This document shows positions 37,501 through 50,239 of a DNA stretch of 64,000 nt, in pieces (position 1 is the first letter of the stretch; the number at the start of each line of letters is the position of its first letter). The notes beneath the pieces are model-generated. The model did no database searches, was not told the origin of the DNA, and saw only the letters and a program-made list of their open reading frames with translations. Where the stretch lies: NCBI GenBank assembly GCA_028534125.1, contig CM052818.1:48424001-48488000 (forward strand). Reading direction: 5' to 3'. The position numbers and the translations under genes are program-made. The stretch is from Lama glama. Taxonomy: Eukaryota.

Positions 37501-38569
37501 TCCCTCTGCTGGGGCTCCAGACATTCAGGGGTTCACAACCCACCCCCTGAGAAAGATGCCAGCCAAAAATTCTTCATTTTCAGCAAAGAAATGATTAATC
37601 CCAAGGCTTCTGTTAAAGTCCTTCTCTTTTATGAGTTAAGCCAATTAGAATATGTGTTCAGCCTTTAGATACTGGTAAAGAAGCAAGTGTTTTCCTGGGA
37701 ATGCCTATCAGTCGAAGCCATTTTATTCTTTAAAGAAATCCAGCAACCACTCCTTCCTTCCTTCCTGTAAAATGCCCTGTTCGCATTCGCTTTATATACA
37801 TTTAAACTCCATGCAGAAAGGATAAGGTTGACTGGAAGACATGGATATTTTAACAATGTAACCAGGTGGGAAATTAATAATGCACATTAGAATGGGGATT
37901 ATGTTGTTGGCGGAACGTGGGAGACACAGAAGAAGGCATAGGATGGGGACCACTGTGCAGATTTGTGCAGGTGACTTGGCCCTCAGGTTCCACTCTGCTC
38001 CCAGGCTTCCAAGAATTTAGGCTAGTTGGTACAGAAGGACCCTCACGGTCACCCTTTTAATAGCTTTCTTTTCTTGAGCCAAAAAAAGAAAAGGTACCTC
38101 CTCACAGCTTTCAGAGGCAGCGTGGCCATCAGCTGGGTAGGCACTGGCACCACCGAAGACTCAGGTTTCCACCCATCACCTTGCCCCCTCCTGAGCTCTG
38201 TAGCTCAAACGGGTCCTGGAGGAGACGGAAGCCTTGGCACCCTCATCTCCAAGACGGAAAAGCCATCATCCGCCACCTGGGCTGACACAGTGGCCGCCGG
38301 GATCAAAGGAGCTGAGATGTCACAGCCGCCTAGCGCCGTGCTGGGTCTGGGGGTGACGCTCAGTGAGCTGTCTTTGTTACTCTGGTCTACGGCCCCGGCT
38401 CGCCCACGGCTGTCTTACGAACCCTCCCTCTTGCTGTGGTGTGTACACTTGAAGTCACAGTCTTGTTGAGACAAGACCCCACGGATGCTTCAAGGTAAAG
38501 CCACCTCCCTGTGCTTGGGGGCAGGGTCTTATTTTAGCACAACAGGCAAACAAACAAATAAACAACTCC

Positions 38570-38790
38570 TTGAGCATTTACCATGTGCTGAGGATTCTGT
38601 AAGGTTCCTTTTCTATGTTATCCACTGCGTCTCAGGGCACTAGGGAAACTGTTTCCTTTCAATAATCATTTAAAATAGTCCCAATCATAATACATGACGT
38701 AGAAAAATCATGTAATCTGCCCAAAGTGATAGATCTAATTAGTTTTAAATCAGGATAGGAACCCAGGAGGTCTGACTCAGATGCTCCCTA
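38570..38790 (-). mobile_element. MIR SINE relic
   Basis: gagcatttaccatgtgctgagg...ctgcccaaagtgatagatctaattag...gaacccaggaggtctgactc. Confidence 0.6.
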
Positions 38791-39798
38791 AACTCACTCA
38801 CCACGTGAGTTACCAGAGGAGGAGGAGCTCAGCCAGGAAGCAGGAACGGAGACGAGGCTGTGCACAGGGCGGAGGGAGAGACTGGCCGTCTTCTCTTCCG
38901 TCTTTCTTTTTCCATGGATAACAGTGAGCCCTAACTTTTTACTGCTGCATGACCTTATAGAAAACTACACACATATACACGTGTGTAAGCAGACACCGCA
39001 CTGAACAATAATCACTGTACCTAGTAACAGCAGAGCAGCAAGAGCCACGGCCCTGAATCCAGCAGGACAGTCTTCAGCCTCCAGCCCTTTGGGGGGCACT
39101 TCCTTGGCCTTTGTTGGTGAAGCCAACACTCCACCAGCTGCAGAGGAGGAATGTGAACAGGGCCCAGCTGCCAGAGCATGGGGCAGGGCGAAGAAGGGTG
39201 GATTTAGAGCGGAGAGGCAACCCCGTGATCACCAGCACGTGACCCGGAGGAAGACGTCAGGGGAGGAGAAAGGCAGAGACAGGAAGTCATGACCGACTGC
39301 CAACCTCAGAAGCTCTGTGTTTTAGCAAAAAGAAAGGAAAGAAGGGAGGGAGGGAGGAAGGGAGGAAGAAGACACCGTCCTTTCACTATCTTGTCGATCA
39401 TTAAATCAAAACTTTGCACTATCAAGTCCATTATGCCGGTCACAGCACTGAAGACCTCTTATAGATACTGGAAGATGACTTAATGGCCAACTTGAGTGTT
39501 TATTTTCCAATTAAAGGGACCTCAACTTCCTTCCAGTTAGTTCCTACTCGTTCTGGGTGTTATGATGTGTGTGCATCCAGGCTCGGTGCTTCCGTGTGAC
39601 TCTACACAAGCTGTTCCGCTGTCAGTGTAACTGTTTCGATGAGTCCAGGTCGGCTGACAGCACCCACCCCATCCCACGTGCTCCGTTGTTGTGGGGAAGC
39701 CGCCCTGAGATTAGCACTCATTTCCACGTCTAGTTTTCCGTGGTGCCTTTAGGGACAAAGGCTGTCTTCTTCATCTGTAGGTCCCTGAATTCTAGTTT

Positions 39799-40015
39799 CA
39801 GGTTTCCTAAACTCTGCAATATTGAAATATGTGACTGAAATCTCCTTTTTTGGTGGAAGGGGGGTTATCCCGTGCCCCATAGGATGTCCAGCAGCAGCCC
39901 TGGCCCCAAACACACTGTGGCTGCAGCACTGAGCGGCTGAGGCCACTGGAGACGTCTCCAGACACGGCAAGACGGCGCCTCAGGGCGAAGTCGGCCCCGC
40001 CAGGGAGACACGGCT
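39799..40015 (-). mobile_element. MER20 (hAT-Charlie non-autonomous DNA transposon)
   Basis: Collinear with the reverse complement of the remembered MER20 consensus: caggtttcctaaactctgcaatattga...taggatgtccagcagcagccctggcc...gtctccagacacggcaa...gggcgaagtcggcccc. Confidence 0.8.
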
Positions 40016-40739
40016 CCAGTCTGATTACTGGGTCACAGCTAATATTTTAATAAGTGGTTGTTGAACAAATATTAAATTACAATAGAATCCATTAAATGTA
40101 ACATAAGGTGCAGCCATTTGACAATTCATAGCTACCAATTTATTTCCCTATGAAAGTGCTCACTTCAAATTCAATCATTCATTTAAGTAGTAAATCAAAT
40201 CAATACACTGAAATCTGTTAAACTGTATGTTAACTATCTGTTGAATAATTTCCTAGCCTTGCGTGTGGAGTTGCAAGGAAAAGGTCTGTTCTCACTGAGG
40301 CTAGCTGACAAAAAGTCTCTCAAACACCTCCCCCCCGACACACACACAAATATGACATACACGCCCAGGTACCAAACACAACCATCACTCCGTGCCCTGA
40401 TTAATTCCTTTCTCAGGTAACGGCCGCCGCTGCTCTGCCGTGCCTCGTGCACGGATTATGAAGCAATATAAAACCCAGCTCCTGCCTCAGGCCACAGTAG
40501 GATGAGAAAATACAGCAAGCGGGTAAATGCCATAAAATACTATGTATTTGTGCAATAAATATCTAGGCCAAGTGCTACATGCTGATAAGGTGATATTGAG
40601 CAAAACCATGTCATCTCATGCAGCTAATCGTCTAGAAAGGATGAGACACAAAATGAGAAGTAAGTAAGGATATTAACAGTGGCAGTAAGGAAGACCATGG
40701 GAACCCGAGGTGGGTGTTCCTTTCCTAGGTTGGGGTAGG

Positions 40740-41232
40740 GGGTGATGATTTCAAAAGACGCCCATAAATCATTTGGCACCCCACTTCTAAAACGTGGAGC
40801 TTAATTCACCCCCTCTCGAATATGGGTAGCCATTAGTGATTCACCTCTAATAGAACGTGACAGGAGGGACACCATGTGACTTGTGAGACTAGGCCATCCA
40901 ATGCAGGACAGTCTGCTTGTCCCTCTCTACCTGGGGACCCTGCCTGGGAGCCCAGTCACCATGCTGTAAGGAAGTTCAGGTGACAGGGCCAGGCATTGTG
41001 CAGGGATCCAGATGGAAAGACCCACTTGGCACTGTGGTCAGTGACCACATTAGCCACCTGACCCATGAGTGGGTGAGCTTTTCAGTGACTCCAGCCCTCA
41101 GGGTGCCCCGTCTGAGGCCCAGTGGAACAAAGAAGCTTCACCCCCAGGTCCTGTCCAAATTGCAGATTTGTGAGTAAAATGAATATTATTGTTTGAAGCC
41201 ACTTAGCTTCAGGGTGGTTTGTTACACAGCCG
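40740..41232 (+). mobile_element. ERVL-MaLR solo LTR (MLT1F/H-like)
   Basis: gtggagcttaattcaccccctctcgaatatggg...agtgattcac...ccatgctgtaaggaag...ccaaattgcagatttgtgagtaaaat...tgtttgaagccacttagcttcagggtggtttgttacacagc. Confidence 0.8.
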
Positions 41233-41544
41233 GGGTGCCCTTAGCAATGTCACGTGGATTTGATAAAAATCTGCACATTTATTGTGGTTGTGCAGTCTAC
41301 CTTGAGCAGAGGCAAGATTCCGTGAAGCAGTAAGATGAGTTCTTCCCTAAAAGACGAATACACGTTCCAGTAAGTGTCCACCAGGCAGAGGGATTTCATG
41401 CACAGAGAGCAGTGTGAGCAGCGGAAGGAAGAGGCAAACTGGCCTGTACACTCCGTGTGCGGGGCCCGGCTGACCACTGAGGGCAGGCCTGGAATGGAAG
41501 AACGAGAAGAAAACTAGATGTGGATATGGAAAGCCTTTAAAACA

Positions 41545-42200
41545 TCATTATTACAGAAAAGAATGCACATCACTTAAAAGTCACCATTTTAACAATTTCA
41601 CAGTGCCCGATTCAGTGGCACTGGACACATTGGCAATGTTGTGTAACCATCACCACTGTCTAGTTCCAGAACATCTCTACCACCCCAAAGCCCGCACACC
41701 AGTGAGCAGCCACCCCATTCCCTTCTCCTCCCCCCGCTCATAGTCCCTGGCAACCGCGAATCTGTTCTCTGTCTGTATGAATTTCTTCTATTCTGAACAT
41801 TACATTTAAATGGAATCACAGAACACGTGGCCTTTTAAGTCTGGCTTCTTCCCCTTGGTTCTTTTCCATGGCAGCACATGTCAGCGCTTCGTGTGTTTTT
41901 ATGGCTGAATAGTATTCCATTGTAGGTTTCTGTCACATTTTATCTAGTTATCAATCGATGGTCATTTGTATTGTTACCACATTTTGGCTGTTGTGAGCAT
42001 TCCGGTACAGTCTCTGTTTGAACAGCTGTTCTCAATTCTTTTGAGTGTATCCGTAGGAGTGGAATAGCTGGGTCCTATGAATTCGATGTTTCACTTATTG
42101 AAGAAATGCTGGGCTCTTTCCCACAGCTGGCGTGTCTGCATTCCCACCAACAATGCACGAGGGTTCCACTATCTCTACATCCTCATCAACACTTATTTCC

Positions 42201-42242
<42 letters not shown>

Positions 42243-42391
42243 TCATTATTATTATTAGAGCCATCCTAGGGGATGTAAAGTGGTACCCCATTCTGGTTTT
42301 GACATGCATTCCCCCACTGAGGACTGATGCTGAGTATTTTGGGACTTGCTCGCTGGCCATTCGTATATCTTCCTTGGAGAAACTTCTATCT
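41545..42391 (-). mobile_element. Old L1 (L1MB-like) 3' fragment
   Basis: attcagtggca...aatgttgtgtaaccatcaccact...ccctggcaacc...tttatggctgaatagtattccattgta...aggagtggaatagctgggtc...cattcccaccaacaatgcacgagggttcc. Confidence 0.9.
42201..42258. repeat. (TTA)n trinucleotide microsatellite inside the L1
   Basis: ttattattattattattattattattattattattattat... Confidence 0.95.
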
Positions 42392-43480
42392 AATGGAAAA
42401 CCTTCTGCGTCATGCCCTGTGGTTAGGACTTTATCCTAAAAAGAGTGGGAAGCTGTTCACCATGGGAGCATGGCGGTCAGATGTAAACTTCAGAGAAATC
42501 AAAGTGACTCTGAGAAGGAAGGCTACTTGTGGGGAGTGAGAGTGGAAAACAGGGGGGCCAGTCAGAACGCCCATTTGCAACAATCCAAGCAGATTCCAGA
42601 AGGTGCAAGGAGCTAAGTAGTTAAGTTAATTACAGCGTTATTGTAATTCCTAGTTTCTTCTTGGTTCGAGTATTTCCTAAGTTGGTGATTTATTCCATGG
42701 GGTAGTTTCCAGGAAATGATGGGGAGGGATGTGGGGAGTCTAAACAAGAAGGGAACCCCCCCCTTCCAGGCTCCAACCTGCAAACAATCAGGGCTGAGCC
42801 TCAGTTTTTACGTTTCCAGTCAAATAATATGTGAATTACATGGTTTAGAATGAATAAAAAATATCACAGCTAAAATCAAACGTCACATAATATAATTGCA
42901 GAAACATAATAATTCTCTGCACAAATTTTAGGCACCAGTGACGGGGTTGGCGTCTCACATTGCATGTTTACACAACTCATTGCTGACTCTGCGTAAATAA
43001 ACCAGGAAAAACAGAACTTTATCCTCACCACGGGACGAAGGTTACAAGTGACAGCTCATTCCCTGTATATTACTCTTTCAAGCATCCTACTTTTTGAGAC
43101 TCCTATGCTAATTTCAATCATTTCTATGTTCATCATTTTACAAAATACTACGATTTACTTATTCTAATTATTAATAATAAATGTTTATAGAGGAGTTTGT
43201 AAATCTTAAAATCATCAAAAAGCCTACCAGTCAGAGAGAGAGCCACTGCTAACATTCTCATGTATTTGCTTCAAAATAAGTGGAGAGCCAGAGATGCATA
43301 GAAATAGAAATGTATAGATTTTTTTTAAATGCAGAGATGTAGATATTAACCTATGGGACTTTTGCATCTCCCTCTTTATTTTCTTGTTTCTATTTTCATT
43401 TTTTCAAAACAATTTTATTTCTACAATTGCTAATTTTGCTTACAGTCTTTGGCAACATTAATAAAATCATAAATTTTATC

Positions 43481-44050
43481 TGAAAGTGAGGTGGGAAGTC
43501 CCATAAAAAGACCAGCAGGACCTCCAAGCAGGGCCACTGCTCTCCTGCCAGCACCAACCAGTTCCCCAGCCCAGAGGCTCTGTCTCACTTTTTGCCTCTG
43601 AAACAGCTTATTTACATCTAAAATTCTATTGGTTCCCTGAGCTCACTCCTGATTGGTTATTTCCTTCACTCCTGATTGGTTCATTTCCTTAACTTCTGAT
43701 TGGTCCATTTGTAGTACTTCATTTGTATGGAGCTCACTCCTGATTGGTCCACTTCCCTCACTCTTGATTGGTTATTTCTCTCCCTCCTCATTGGTTCATT
43801 TCTACAAAGCTTGTTCTTAATTAGTCTACTTTCCTTATACCTTATTTACATATGATGTTGCAAAGTGTAAACTGGCAACTTATAAAAGCCGGTGTAAACC
43901 TACAGACAGGGTCCAGAGCTTGGAGTGTTAACTCCTCTGGGTCCGCTGGCGTAATGAATCTGAGTTCTCCAACTCTCTGAGTGCTGCTTGGTCTCTCGCC
44001 TGGATCCAGGTTGCTATCATAACTGAGCTGTAACACATTTTTCTGCAACA
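43481..44050 (+). mobile_element. Solo ERV (class I-like) LTR with tandem CCAAT boxes
   Basis: TG...CA-bounded unit of about 570 bp ending ttctgcaaca. Seven ATTGG boxes at 43628-43794 in a 23-24 bp repeat, TATAAAA at 43881-43887, and a degenerate polyA-like gtaatgaa at about 43952. The 5' boundary is uncertain and I found no clear TSD. Confidence 0.8.
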
Positions 44051-45073
44051 AAAAGACAGGCAAAATAGAGAAGGAAATTCACAAAAGGCAATAACGGAAC
44101 AGGAACCTTGATGGATATTCAGTATATTTGTAAACAAAACAAAGTGACAGTGTCTTAAAAAATATAGCGTCGTCAATAGAAAAACAGATGAAGCTCCTGG
44201 AAGACCTCATTCCTCCGTGGCTTGTCTTTCGGTTGCAGGCATGGACACTGAATCAAGCTCACTGAGTTGTAGGAGAGAAGCACAGCCCTGGACGATTATG
44301 TCCTCCCAGGCTTGGTGACCACCTAGGGAATTTAACTAGGCTGGAGAGGGAGGAGGAGTGCAGGCTTAAAGTGCCTTTAAGGAGGAAGAGGGAAGAAAAA
44401 GCGGGTATTTTCTTATGCGCTAGTGTGTCTGATTGTGTGATCGAAGCCCTGGAGGGCGCTGGGTAACCCTCGCTTGGTCTTTTCCCTAGAGTCTCTTTAC
44501 AAACGCCCAGTCAGCTTAGAGGACACGGGACCCACAAAGTGATTGTGCAGCCTTGATTTAGCCAAGAAATCTTTCCTCAAAGGATACCTAAGCAGAGACC
44601 CCCTCTGTATAAAGCAGGCAGAGGTGACAAGGTGTAAGGTCCCCAGAGGCCACTGGCTCCTACACAGCCACCCCGCTGAGCCCACGTGCATCCCCAGCCT
44701 CTGGGCGGACGCGGTGGGCCAGCTCTGGCGACCAGAGAACGGCCGTAAGACTGTGCATTGCCCCCTCAACACTGCCCTGAGTCCAGGGCCGCGGAAACGT
44801 CTTTGGGGACCAGCTGATGGCGCCAGGCCTGCAGGCCTTGCTCCTTGTCCAGCTCCAGGTCACAGTCGCAGAGCCACGCAGGAGGCGGGCAGCGCGCACA
44901 CCCCCTACCTCCTAGCCCACGCCTCCCTGGCCTCCCTCCTCCCGTGACTCTGCGACGAGACTGGGGACAGGGGAGCACCGGGCCCCCGCAGTCAGCGCTG
45001 CTGTCGTCTGGAGGGCAGGAGGGCACGACGGTCGTCAGCCTCAGTCCGCCTGACGAGTTATTTTCTCCTTCAG

Positions 45074-45104
45074 ATCAGACGTCCTGGGAGAAGCCGTTTT
45101 ATAA
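45074..45104 (+). other. Candidate small exon (31 nt)
   Basis: ctgac branch point at 45050-45054, acceptor ttattttctccttcag, donor TAA|gtaagc. Confidence 0.25.
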
Positions 45105-46925
45105 GTAAGCTACACTGATGTGTGTCTCAGTACCGTTTAAGTAGAACCACCCACGTGGCTTTGAAACCCCAGCGGTGCAGCAGACTGGTCACGCGGCCTC
45201 TGACTTGCTGCTTGAACTGTCTGGACCCTGGTTTCCTTACCTATGAGACAAAAATGACACCACCCACCACACAGGGCTGTTAAGGACTCAACATGCCAGC
45301 CTCCGGACCAGGGGACAGCAGAGAACAGATGATCTGGGCAAACACCAGGCGCCCTGCCCCACGCTCCTTTCCCTGATCTGAATCGGGTTCCTTGCCGAAA
45401 ACACAGAAATTAACTGCCCCGCTATCTTGCGAACGCTGTCGCAGCTCACCCACGCATCCCTCTCAAGGCGGCCGAATGGTTCCCTGCCTTGAGGAACTCA
45501 ACGGCCCTGCCCGTGAGCTTCGCCAGGTGTGACTCAGGGCTCAGCGCGGTCTTTGCCAAGAGCTTTCCTTGGGGGATGGGAGCACAGGGCATGCCGCCAC
45601 CCCGGGGCCCTGGACCCCGTTTTCCCTCCGCCATCACTTCCTACTGGAATCCATTAGGACAAGGCATAAGGAAACTCAAACAGGCAGCAACAGTGTGTCA
45701 TTCGGGTAACTCTCCCTCTGACAGAGACTGATGGCTTCTGCGGGGCTGAGGTCATCACTGGGAAGACACGACCAGCTGACCTGGCACTTCGGGGAAACCG
45801 TGGAGATGGCGAGTGGGCTGCAGAAAGAGTCCTGAGTGCTCTCTAGGCTTCCCCTGCCGTGATCTCAGAGGCAGAGACTCCTGCGGTGGGAGGCACCTTC
45901 TGCCCGCACGAGAGAGGGCCAGGCAGATTTGGGGTCTGGCAGCCCAAGGCGGGCAGCTCGCCAGCTGGCGGGTGGGCTCGGAAGCCGAGCTCTGCCCTTG
46001 AACTGACCTGCCTTTTCTCCAGCCCCCCTCATTCCTCATCCTGTCACTGCCCGCCCTTCGATCGCCCGCCACCAGCATCCAAGCATGTCCCTTAGCTCGG
46101 GGTGGCCTTTCAGAGGACACAGGCTGTGCTTCTACCTCCAGGGTTCCCCAGCAGATTTGGGAAGATGAAGGAGGCCCGCGAATGTTTAATGCGGAAATTC
46201 ACCACGTGGCACAGCAAGGAAGGCGAGCAGGTGGGGGGAGTCCCAAACAGCTGATTTGCATCTTCAGTGAGATGCTTTTCTTCCCAGATGCCCCCCACCT
46301 GAAGTCAGACGCCGATGAAAAGCACCGAGCACAGATCACCCGGCCCGCATGGCACAGAGGATGCTGGCGTCGGCTGCACCGTGACACCTTAGCAGCAGCC
46401 TGTGAGGTGTGTGTATCGCAGAGGAGTAAACCAAGACCCGAAAAGCAGGAATAAACTGCCCGATGGCACACAGCTATTAAGTGAAAGGGCAAGGACTGAA
46501 ACCCGGGTTATCTGCCCTGGAAACCGAGCCCTGAGCCCGGGCGCTTGCAGTCACGGAAGGTGTTGCACGTTCTGCACGTGGCCTGTTTACAAACGAAATT
46601 GCTCTCAGTTTGCCCGTTAGTTCATAACCGCTGACCTCATGTGCTGGTTCACTTCCTGCTCTGAGTTAGAAATGAGCAGACATTGCAGCAACCAGTTATT
46701 CCTCATTTTTACTAGTCTATCGTGGTCCTTGCAAATTTTCAAGTACCCAAATCAGTTCATTCCTTTAACTGCACAAGCCAGTGTCAAAAGGAACGGGGTT
46801 ATGGGTACACATGTCTTGTGCCACGTGTTGTAAAATTGCTACCATCCTTCGCCGTTTTAGAGACGGGCTCTCAAAGTGGGGCTGCTTCCTTGTAACTGTG
46901 AAGACGTTACTTTGAATCTCCTTAG

Positions 46926-46999
46926 GCTTAAGGATCTTTCATGTGGCGACAAGGATGTGAATTCCACCCAGGAAGAAAGCGCACCTGTCCGCTCCCGCG
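46926..46999 (+). other. Candidate exon (74 nt; alternative donor gives 46926-47059)
   Basis: Acceptor ctttgaatctccttag, donor GCG|gtgagc or CCG|gtgggt. Frame-compatible with 45074-45104. Confidence 0.2.
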
Positions 47000-47654
47000 G
47001 TGAGCGGCGCTCCCTGCAGAATGAGGAGCCCACGGCGGTCACAAAGCGCCTCCTGACCGGTGGGTGAATCCCGACCAGAGCGAGATGTTTGGCTGCTGCC
47101 TTGTGGAATGATGGCTTCACTCTTCTTTCTGAAAACTCCCATTCATTCAAGACTTCCTTCAGCCCGTCAAGAGCTGCCCTGCGTTTATTCTGTATGAGGC
47201 CTGTCTGTGCTTAAATTGCATGGCCACTGTGCTCGGGGGAGGCTGGTGAGCTTATTAGCCCTGGGTCCCCCCAGGGGCGCTGGTGCCGGGGACGGGGAGC
47301 AGGCCCACGGCAGACGGCCTGGCAGCGCAGCACCGCAGGGGCGGGCGGACTCTGAGATCTGGTCAAGAGCTCGAGAAGCGTTCTGGAAGGGGAGGCCGGG
47401 GAGCCTTGGAGAGGGCGTTCGGCATCCGCACCCCCGGAAATCAGAAAGGCGGAGACTTCCGGCGGTTGGGAGGTCATAGGCAACTGTGTCGATGTTAGGG
47501 AAGAGAAGAGAATGTGGGCTATTCAAATGGTAAAGAGAAGAGTGCTACAGCCGCAGCTCCGGGGTGTCAGAGGCAAGACGCACAGGACACTAAGCAGACA
47601 AAGAGTAACCAGGTTTGAGGAAGAAGCAGTGTGCGTGCTTAACCCTTCCCAGGA

Positions 47655-47950
47655 GTTTGGGTTGAACTGTGTCCCCCAGAGAGATATGTGACATCCTGAC
47701 CTCCCAGCACTGAGGATTGTGATCTTATTTGGAAGCAGGGTCTTTGCAGATGGAATTAAGCTGAGATAAAGCCACTAGGGTGGCCCTCAGCCAGTATGAC
47801 CCCTGCCCTGACAGGAGGAGGGAAGGCCAGGCCCAGCCACAGGGAGAAGGCTGCGTGCGGTGGTGGGGGCAGGACTGGAGCGCGCAGCTGCAGCCCTAGG
47901 GCTGGCAAGGATTTCCAGAGCGGCCAGAGGTGGGGACAGGCAGGAAAGGA
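47655..47950 (+). mobile_element. MLT1B/C-like MaLR LTR, 5' part
   Basis: gggttgaactgtgtccccca...atgtgacatcctgacctcccag...tgtgatcttatttggaagcagggtctttgcagatggaattaag. Confidence 0.85.
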
Positions 47951-47957
47951 GGCCCCC

Positions 47958-48406
47958 GTGTGTGCCAGGCCTGCCGCGATAAGGTCCCACGGGCTGAGTG
48001 ACCTCAGTGACAGAGACGGGTTGTCTCCCAGCTCTGGAGGGTGGAGGTCTGAGAGCAAGGTGTCGGCGGGCCCACGCTCCCTCCAAAGGCTCCAGGGGAG
48101 GGTCTGCTCCACGCCTCTCTCCCAGCTGCTGGGAGTTGGCTGGCATCCGTCTGTGTTTCCTACGTGTAGACACGTCACTCCCTCCTCTGCCTTCACGTCG
48201 CAGGCTGTTCTCCTGGGGCTGTGTCCAGACACCCTCTCCCAAGGACACCGGTCTCACTGGCGCAGGGCCACCCTCTTCTAGTTGACCCCATCTTAACTAA
48301 AGCTGCAATGAACCTGTCTCCAAATAAAGTCACCTTCTGAGGTTTCTAAGGTCCTGGGTGTTAGGACCTCAGCATGAGAACTTGGGGGGAACACAATTCA
48401 ACCCCA
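47958..48406 (-). mobile_element. MLT1C-like MaLR LTR, near full length
   Basis: tctcccagctctggagggtggaggtctgagagcaaggtgtcggcggg...aaggctccaggggag...ccaaataaagtcaccttctgagg...ggggaacacaattcaaccc. Confidence 0.85.
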
Positions 48407-50239
48407 CCTTTCTTTAAAGGTTTTGGGGGGGAACTAAATTTGGACTCTGGCTTCCAAAACGGTGGTTGTTTCAGGCCACCCAGTTGTAACTGTTACAACC
48501 CCCGAGAAAACTGATACAGCTGCGAAAATAAAAGGGGGGATAAAACGAGAGCTCAGAGAGGAGGTGTGTTTTTAGAGGAAGGACTATTTCGGGAAGTTGA
48601 GCAAGTACACGGAGGGCATCTGGACACGCAGGAGGCAGAGGCAGGGCGGGGCGTGGGGAGCGGGACGGTTGGTGGACGATGGGCGTGGGTGGCATCGGGC
48701 CGGGCTGGAGGGCGAGGGGGTGCTTGTAAGTCTGTTTTACTCACGTGATCAGTCACTGCTTTGGCCGCAGACGGGAGACAGGGTGGGACGATGGTGACGT
48801 GGGGAGGGGCCTCCGGACCTTTGGAGGCTGGGCTGGGGCTGTTTTCACAGGGAGCGGAGTCTCTTGCAAGAAATGAGAGCAGTCTCTTTACTTTCTTTCC
48901 TTCTTTATCTTCCCTGACCGACCCCAATCTGGACGCGGAACAGATCTCAGCGAGAAACTGAAAGCAGTATTCCGAAGCGGAGTGAACCAAGGGAAGTTTC
49001 CAACTCCGTGTTGAATTATTTATTCAGTGTATGGGCTCACTTACCATCTGGCATGTTTCTCTCTCATCAGGGTTAGAAAAGGTTTAAACCCCTTTCCTGG
49101 GCACCCCAGGAGGAGACCCCCCCACTATTTCACTCCCTCTCCTCCCCAGCCTGACCTTGAGCTGTCCCCAAGCTCAGGGTCACCACCCCCAGCCCTGGGG
49201 CTGCCCCGTGCCCTGGGCCAGCTCCTGGACTGGGTCTTCAGCCTCGCCAGCACCAGCTCCCCCCGCCCAGGACCGTCTGCCAAGCTGATGGCTCAGTCAC
49301 GGGGAGACCCTGAGTGTTTCTTTTTTCTATTTTTTAATTATTTTAGTCACACTGCATGTGCTTTGACTCATGTTACAAATAAAGCTCGGATGATCCATCG
49401 GTCAGAGATGTTTCTCCATCATTTCATTAGCTTTTGAGATACATCAAGCCAAGTCACGTTTTTAGAAGATGTCGCTCCGGTGTACATTTCAGCTAAAATC
49501 ACTACCCGGTTTCAGTTTCAGAGGCGGGTTTTGCAAATTAATATGGTTCAGTTCAGCTTTGGGTTCACAATTCGGGTCAGGTCACGACCCTGAAAGCATT
49601 CCTAGATAAGGTGGCTGATATTAATTTCTTATAATAATAATGCTGAAGACAGACATGAAAATAACCCTTTGTCTGTGACCCCAAGGTCCTTGCAAAAATA
49701 CAAAGGAAAGATCCCTGCATGATTTTCTTAAACCAGCACAAGATTGGAGCGTCTGTGGTATAAGCTCTGTGGTGCGAGCTCTGCGGTGCATGTGCGTAGA
49801 GCTTCCAAAACAAGCGGGGCCAGGGCCCTTCAGGGATGACACTCTTAAAACTTCCTTTTAGAAAAAGTGGGCATTTAATATTCAAGTGGCTCACGGGCGA
49901 ACGGTGATTTAGGTGCCGGCGGGTGGGTATTCTGCCAGGCAGGAGTCCTGAGAACTTGAAACCCATCGCTGTTTTGCTGAAACACACTTTGATCAACAAT
50001 GGGATTTTTTTTCATTGTCTTTGCTCTTAAGGTAGCGTTTACTTGCCAGTGTGTGGAGCTTTCCCTAAAAACTACGCCCACCTGCAGGAGACGGCAGGGC
50101 CTGCCCTGTCCCCGCCCCACCCAGAGCCACTTGCAGGCTGTGCCATGTTCCAGGAGGAGAGCAGAGCAACCAAAGCTGCTAGAACGGGAGGTCGTCCTGT
50201 ACCTGAACGTCTCAACGAGCAGATGCCAAGGGCCCCGTG

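Noticed and set aside
42077..42439. ORF with a poly-Ile, transmembrane-looking stretch
   Set aside because: It is the translation of a (TTA)n microsatellite within an antisense L1.
43628..43800. Regularly spaced short repeats resembling a CRISPR array
   Set aside because: The units are degenerate tandem copies without unique spacers, inside an LTR in mammalian DNA, and there are no cas genes.
12340..49050. Isolated strong minus-strand donors (near 12349, 19456 and 49046)
   Set aside because: No convincing paired acceptor or open frame, and such motifs occur frequently by chance.
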